From Promethearchaeota archaeon (lineage in GTDB: Archaea > Asgardarchaeota > Lokiarchaeia > Sigyniarchaeales > SOKP01): a stretch of DNA of 11,480 nt. The position numbers and the translations under genes were made by a program. The stretch is taken from NCBI GenBank assembly GCA_011364925.1, contig RDOA01000010.1, positions 1 through 11,480 on the forward strand, in the 5' to 3' direction. Shown one piece after another: positions 7,407 to 11,480 of this stretch. Within the stretch, counting starts at the first letter, position 1, and each line of letters starts with the position of its first letter. The notes under the pieces are model-generated. The model ran no database searches. It saw nothing but the letters and a program-made list of their open reading frames with translations, and was not told where the DNA came from.

Positions 7407-7967
7407 ATGTCTCATGATCGATACTATTCAAAAAAAAAATATGAAGCTGCTATTGAAACATTAGGAGTAGGCTTAGTGTTTTTATTCGTTGCTATACTCT
7501 CTCTCTTTTTCATAGCATTTCCGGGCATATATGATCCTATTAGTCTAAAACATTGGGGTTATTGGATGTTTATTCCTGCTTTCTTTATAATCCTTGGTGG
7601 TTTTTCACAGTATTATACCAATATGAAATTTCAAAAAGCTATAAGAGTCGCAATACTTGATCGTGGAAACAAAGGTACTCATAAATTAGAGGATATTGCT
7701 CTTGAAGTTGGAATTAAACCTAATGATGTACTTAAAGTTCTTATTGATCTACGCAATAAAGGGGTTATTAGTTATCGTTTTAATTCAGATACAGGTGAAA
7801 TAATTCTTGGAGAAAAAGTTTCATATGTGAAATCTGATGAGTATGTTGTTCCCCCAAAAAACCTTGAAGAACCTTTAAAAACTAAAGGAAAATCGTATTG
7901 CGTGTATTGTGGGCATCAATTACCTAAAGAAGGTAATTTTTGCGAAAATTGTGGGTCAAAAATTTAA
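7407..7967 (+). CDS. Membrane protein: two TM helices, PCI-like winged helix, C-terminal zinc ribbon
   Basis: Hydrophobic segments at about aa 19-39 and 51-67. KLEDIALEVGIKPNDVLKVLIDLRNKGVISYRFNSDTGEI is a wHTH. CVYCG-x8-FCENCG is a zinc ribbon. Confidence 0.8.
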   Translation: MSHDRYYSKKKYEAAIETLGVGLVFLFVAILSLFFIAFPGIYDPISLKHWGYWMFIPAFFIILGGFSQYYTNMKFQKAIRVAILDRGNKGTHKLEDIALEVGIKPNDVLKVLIDLRNKGVISYRFNSDTGEIILGEKVSYVKSDEYVVPPKNLEEPLKTKGKSYCVYCGHQLPKEGNFCENCGSKI

Positions 7968-7986
7968 ATTTACAAAATAAATCATC

Positions 7987-7995
7987 TTTTTTTTT
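7987..7995 (+). terminator. Oligo-T archaeal intrinsic terminator candidate
   Basis: Run of nine T about 20 nt after the stop at 7967. Confidence 0.45.
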
Positions 7996-8000
7996 AATCC

Positions 8001-8010
8001 TTTTATAAAT
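8001..8010 (+). promoter_or_regulatory. TATA box candidate for the kdgK cluster
   Basis: TTTTATAAAT directly after the T-run and upstream of the kdgK start. Confidence 0.4.
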
Positions 8011-8080
8011 GCTATATTAAATTTGAAAGTTTAAAAATTATGTGAGTTTTAATCATCATGTAAAAGCTGAGACGATTGTT

Positions 8081-9118
8081 ATGAGCCAAAAAGTCCTTAC
8101 TTTGGGAGAAATTATGCTAAGATTATCCCCTCCGTACTTTAAAAGATTTACACAAACTCGATCCTTTGATTTTATTTTTGGCGGAGGAGAAGCTAATGTT
8201 GCTGTTTCTTTAGCAAATTTTGGTATTCCAGTGGATTATGTTACAAGATTACCGAACAATGATCTCGGAGAAGCTTGTATTCAATATTTAAGACAATTTG
8301 GAGTTAACACTGATAAAATCATAAGAGGAGGAGATAGAATCGGAATTTATTTTCTTGAAATTGGTGCTTCTGCTCGACCCAGTAAAGTGATTTACGATCG
8401 TGCCTATTCTGCAATTGCAACTGCTGAAGTAAGTATGTTTGATTGGGACATAATATTTGAAGATGTGGAATGGTTTCACTGGACGGGGATCACTCCAGCC
8501 ATTTCTCAAAATTTAGCAGAAATCTGTCTTAGCGCTGTTCAAGAAGCAAAAAAAAGAGGAATTACTATATCTTGCGATTTAAACTACAGAAGTAAATTAT
8601 GGAAGTACGGAAAATCTCCTTTGGATGTCGTGCCAGAGTTAGTTAAATATTGCGATGTCGCTATTGGAAACGAGGAGGATGCGGAAAAAGTTCTTGGAAT
8701 CCATGCTCCTGATACAGATATTACCTCGGGAAAGTTAGATCCAGAAAAATATAGATATGTTGTACAGACTATGACCAACCAATTTCCAAATTTAAAATAC
8801 GTAGCGATTACGCTTAGAGGATCAATTTCTGCGAGTCATAACACATGGGCAGGTTTATTATATAATGGGAAAGAGATGTTTATTAGCCCTCATTACGAGA
8901 TAACTCATATCGTTGATCGAGTTGGAGCTGGTGATTCATTTGTAGCTGGCTTAATTTACGGACTCCTTAACTTCAAGGATGATTATCAACAAATATTGAA
9001 TTTTGCTGTAGCTGCTTCTTGCTTAAAGCATACTATTTTTGGCGATTTTAATTTGGTTAATGTTGAAGAGGTGCGAAAAATAATGAAAGGAGATGTATCT
9101 GGTCGTGTATCAAGATAA
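8081..9118 (+). CDS. kdgK: 2-dehydro-3-deoxygluconokinase (PfkB family)
   Basis: KVLTLGEIMLRLSPP, GGGEANVAVSLA, YDR, HWTGITPA, DLNYRSKLW, NEED, IVDRVGAGDSF, KHTIFGDFN, terminal SGRVSR. ATG 8081 is preferred over GTG 8042 because family similarity starts there. Confidence 0.92.
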   Translation: MSQKVLTLGEIMLRLSPPYFKRFTQTRSFDFIFGGGEANVAVSLANFGIPVDYVTRLPNNDLGEACIQYLRQFGVNTDKIIRGGDRIGIYFLEIGASARPSKVIYDRAYSAIATAEVSMFDWDIIFEDVEWFHWTGITPAISQNLAEICLSAVQEAKKRGITISCDLNYRSKLWKYGKSPLDVVPELVKYCDVAIGNEEDAEKVLGIHAPDTDITSGKLDPEKYRYVVQTMTNQFPNLKYVAITLRGSISASHNTWAGLLYNGKEMFISPHYEITHIVDRVGAGDSFVAGLIYGLLNFKDDYQQILNFAVAASCLKHTIFGDFNLVNVEEVRKIMKGDVSGRVSR

Positions 9119-9908
9119 TTTAGCAAAGATGGTAATTACCGCAACTACAGCAAATTCTTGGATATATCCTAAGATAAAAAATTGGGCGGAGACTACTGAT
9201 GGATTAATAGATGATGTAGTAAAATGTTATGAAGCGGGAGCTGCAATTGCCCATGTCCATCTCCCGAGAGGAGAAGAGATCGAGACAGTCAAACGAATTA
9301 GAGAACGATGTGACATTATAATCCAAGCAGGTATGTCAAGTTATCCTATTGAAGAAAGGAAAGCGGATTTTGAAGCAAGACCCGATCTACTCTCTGTTAT
9401 TGCTAATCATCACGCAGAACACTTTCCCAATGGTGCAGTAAATGTAATTCACGATCTAGTTGAACTTGAACAATATTGTATTAGATCTAAAAAATTTGAC
9501 ATTAAAATCGAATGGGAGATCTGGCATACTGGTTCTTATTGGAATTTAAATTATTTAATCACTAAAGGTGTATTAGAACCCCCTTATATCTTAACGCTTT
9601 TCTTTAATTGGCCTGGAGGGACTTGGTCTCCTCCTACAGCAGACGAGTATATGCATAGAATAAAGTATATGCCTGAAAACAGCGTACACACGATTAGTGT
9701 TATGGGAAAAGAACAAAGCAAAATTGCAGTCCTAGCAATTCACCACGGAGGAAATGTGCGTGTTGGAACAGAAGATTATCCTTTTATCAAGGAGGGAGTT
9801 CCAGCAAAAAATAATGCTGAAATTGTCTCTCGAATGGTCAGGTTAAGTAAAGAATTGGGGCGTGATATTGCTGATCCTTCCGAAGCAAGAAAAATTTTAG
9901 GGCTCTAA
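9093..9908 (+). CDS. Beta-keto acid cleavage enzyme family (BKACE / DUF849 / Kce-like)
   Basis: KMVITAT, CYEAGAAIAHVH (metal-binding HxH), GGNVRVGTED, NAEIVSR...LGRDIADPSEARKILGL. The start could be ATG 9093, GTG 9105 or ATG 9129. Confidence 0.9.
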   Translation: MYLVVYQDNLAKMVITATTANSWIYPKIKNWAETTDGLIDDVVKCYEAGAAIAHVHLPRGEEIETVKRIRERCDIIIQAGMSSYPIEERKADFEARPDLLSVIANHHAEHFPNGAVNVIHDLVELEQYCIRSKKFDIKIEWEIWHTGSYWNLNYLITKGVLEPPYILTLFFNWPGGTWSPPTADEYMHRIKYMPENSVHTISVMGKEQSKIAVLAIHHGGNVRVGTEDYPFIKEGVPAKNNAEIVSRMVRLSKELGRDIADPSEARKILGL

Positions 9909-9932
9909 GGAATAAACTCAAATTTTAGGAAT

Positions 9933-11063
9933 ATGACTCTTAAACAAGAATTTCTCAATACATTTGCTAAAAAAGAAACCCATAAGATAGTATTCAGTCC
10001 GCGACTATACTACTGGTACTTTGGAAATAAAATTTATTCAAAACTGAGGAAAAATTTTCAAGCATCTGTACCTGTTCAATATTACGGTAGAAAGCAAATA
10101 GAAATTTATAGAGATCTTTGCGTAAGTCCGCGATATTCAGAAGAAACTCTTTATTTACCACTACATGGAACAAAAATTGCTCCTACGTCCAAGATTCAAG
10201 TTTACCAAGAGCGTGGAGCAAAAATAGGAGAAACAATCACATCTTATAAAACGCCCCTCGGAAAACTAAAACAGGTAGAATCGATTGGTGGTGGACTTGG
10301 TGCTCATAAAACAGAATATCCGATAAAAACATTAGAAGATATTAAAATAATGCAATATATACTTGAACACACTTCCTTCTTTTTTCTAAAAGAGAATTAT
10401 GAAAAAGCTGACAGACAATTCGCGGATATTACTGTGACTAGTACCTATTTATCAAAATCCCCGTATCAAAAACTAATCATCGAATTTATGGGTCTTACGA
10501 GAACATTGTTGTTTCTGAAGAAAAATCCTTCTCAATTAGAGAATTTCATGATGTTTTTGGAACATTGGGATGATGAAATGTACGAACAGATATCTAAGTC
10601 GCCGCTAGAAATAGTTAATTTTGGAGAGAATCTTGATTCAAACTTGAGTCCTCCTCCATATTTTGAGAGATACCTTTTACCTTATTATGAGAAGCGAGCC
10701 AAACAACTACATCGTATGGGAAAGTATTGTCATATTCATATAGATGGATCTCTTCGAGATTTTCTTCCGTATTTAGAACAATTGCCTTTTGATGGATTTG
10801 AGGCTTTAACAGCAAAACCTCAAGGTGATGTCAGGCTGGAGGATATCCAAGATGCAATTGGAGATAAGGTATTATTAGATGGGATACCTTCAATACTATT
10901 TCTCCCAGAATATAGCAATGATTATCTTATGAAGTATACTGAAAAGGTTTTAGAGTTATTTTCGCCACATTTAATCCTTGGAGTGTCCGATGAGCTCTCT
11001 CCCAATGGTGATATTCGAAAAATACAAATGCTCTCAGACTATGTGAAAGAATTTAATTGCTAA
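9933..11063 (+). CDS. URO-D / MtaA-CmuA superfamily TIM-barrel protein of unknown function
   Basis: YKTPLGKL, EYPIKTLEDI, SPPYFERYLLPYY-like segment, GKYCHIHIDG, DGFEALT..PQGD, IGDKVLLDGI, LILGVSDE. Confidence 0.82.
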   Translation: MTLKQEFLNTFAKKETHKIVFSPRLYYWYFGNKIYSKLRKNFQASVPVQYYGRKQIEIYRDLCVSPRYSEETLYLPLHGTKIAPTSKIQVYQERGAKIGETITSYKTPLGKLKQVESIGGGLGAHKTEYPIKTLEDIKIMQYILEHTSFFFLKENYEKADRQFADITVTSTYLSKSPYQKLIIEFMGLTRTLLFLKKNPSQLENFMMFLEHWDDEMYEQISKSPLEIVNFGENLDSNLSPPPYFERYLLPYYEKRAKQLHRMGKYCHIHIDGSLRDFLPYLEQLPFDGFEALTAKPQGDVRLEDIQDAIGDKVLLDGIPSILFLPEYSNDYLMKYTEKVLELFSPHLILGVSDELSPNGDIRKIQMLSDYVKEFNC

Positions 11064-11136
11064 ACTTTAAAAAGTCTTATATAGATCTAAGGCAATATGT
11101 ATTCATTTTAAATAATAATTAAATAAGAAATGTAAA

Positions 11137-11480
11137 ATGAATGGTTTTTCTTATCTTCTTGGTGTATTATTAGCTATTTTATCTGGAAGTATAAATAATG
11201 TAGGATTAGTTTTACAAAAAAAAGTCGTAAACGAAATAGCCCCCGAGGCAAAATTTTTTAGAAGTTTAATAAAAAAACCCGTTTGGATAACGGGAATATT
11301 AATGGAATTGATGATAGGCTCAATTTTCTTCATGATCGCTCAAATTTATATAGGTCCCGCCTTAATACCTGGTTTGATGGCTTTTGGTTTAATTTTTCTT
11401 GCAATAGGATCAGTTAAAATTGTCGGTGAAACTTTAAAAAAGGAGGAAATTACAGGAATAATATTAATGATTCTCGCGAT
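11137..11480 (+). CDS. DMT superfamily transporter, NIPA (Mg2+ transporter)-like (partial, runs off the right edge)
   Basis: Manual translation: MNGFSYLLGVLLAILSGSINNVGLVLQKKVVNEIAPEAKFFRSLIKKPVWITGILMELMIGSIFFMIAQIYIGPALIPGLMAFGLIFLAIGSVKIVGETLKKEEITGIILMILA. Shows G-x-x-LA...LQKK, P-x-W-x-x-G and GE-x-L...E-x-x-G. Confidence 0.8.
   Translation, partial: MNGFSYLLGVLLAILSGSINNVGLVLQKKVVNEIAPEAKFFRSLIKKPVWITGILMELMIGSIFFMIAQIYIGPALIPGLMAFGLIFLAIGSVKIVGETLKKEEITGIILMILA

Noticed and set aside
8042-8080. GTG-initiated 13-aa N-terminal extension of KdgK
   Set aside because: Family similarity begins at ATG 8081; the extension is probably untranslated.
8288-8778. Minus-strand ORFs 8288-8509 and 8584-8778
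   Set aside because: Antisense shadows of kdgK.
10615-10815. 66-aa minus-strand ORF
   Set aside because: Antisense to the URO-D-like gene.
11151-11333. 60-aa minus-strand ORF
   Set aside because: Antisense to the plus-strand DMT transporter that starts at 11137.

Overview
AT-rich, gene-dense archaeal window. Its content (archaeal-type ThrRS, RbkR-type riboflavin kinase, a longin-domain protein, a membrane protein with wHTH and zinc ribbon) points to Asgard archaea, probably Lokiarchaeia-like; this is inference. In order: partial thrS (minus strand, missing from the ORF track), translin/TRAX, FAD synthase ribL (no canonical in-frame start), wHTH-riboflavin kinase, CDP-alcohol phosphatidyltransferase, a small hypothetical, a longin plus winged-helix protein resembling GATOR1 NPRL2, a decayed galactokinase-like fragment coupled to a sugar nucleotidyltransferase, a membrane-anchored putative extracellular enzyme, a TM-wHTH-zinc ribbon protein, a kdgK / BKACE / URO-D-like cluster, and a partial NIPA-like DMT transporter (also missing from the track). 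I found no RNA genes, CRISPR arrays or mobile elements. All family calls come from motifs recognised by eye and sequences recalled from memory; no searches were run.
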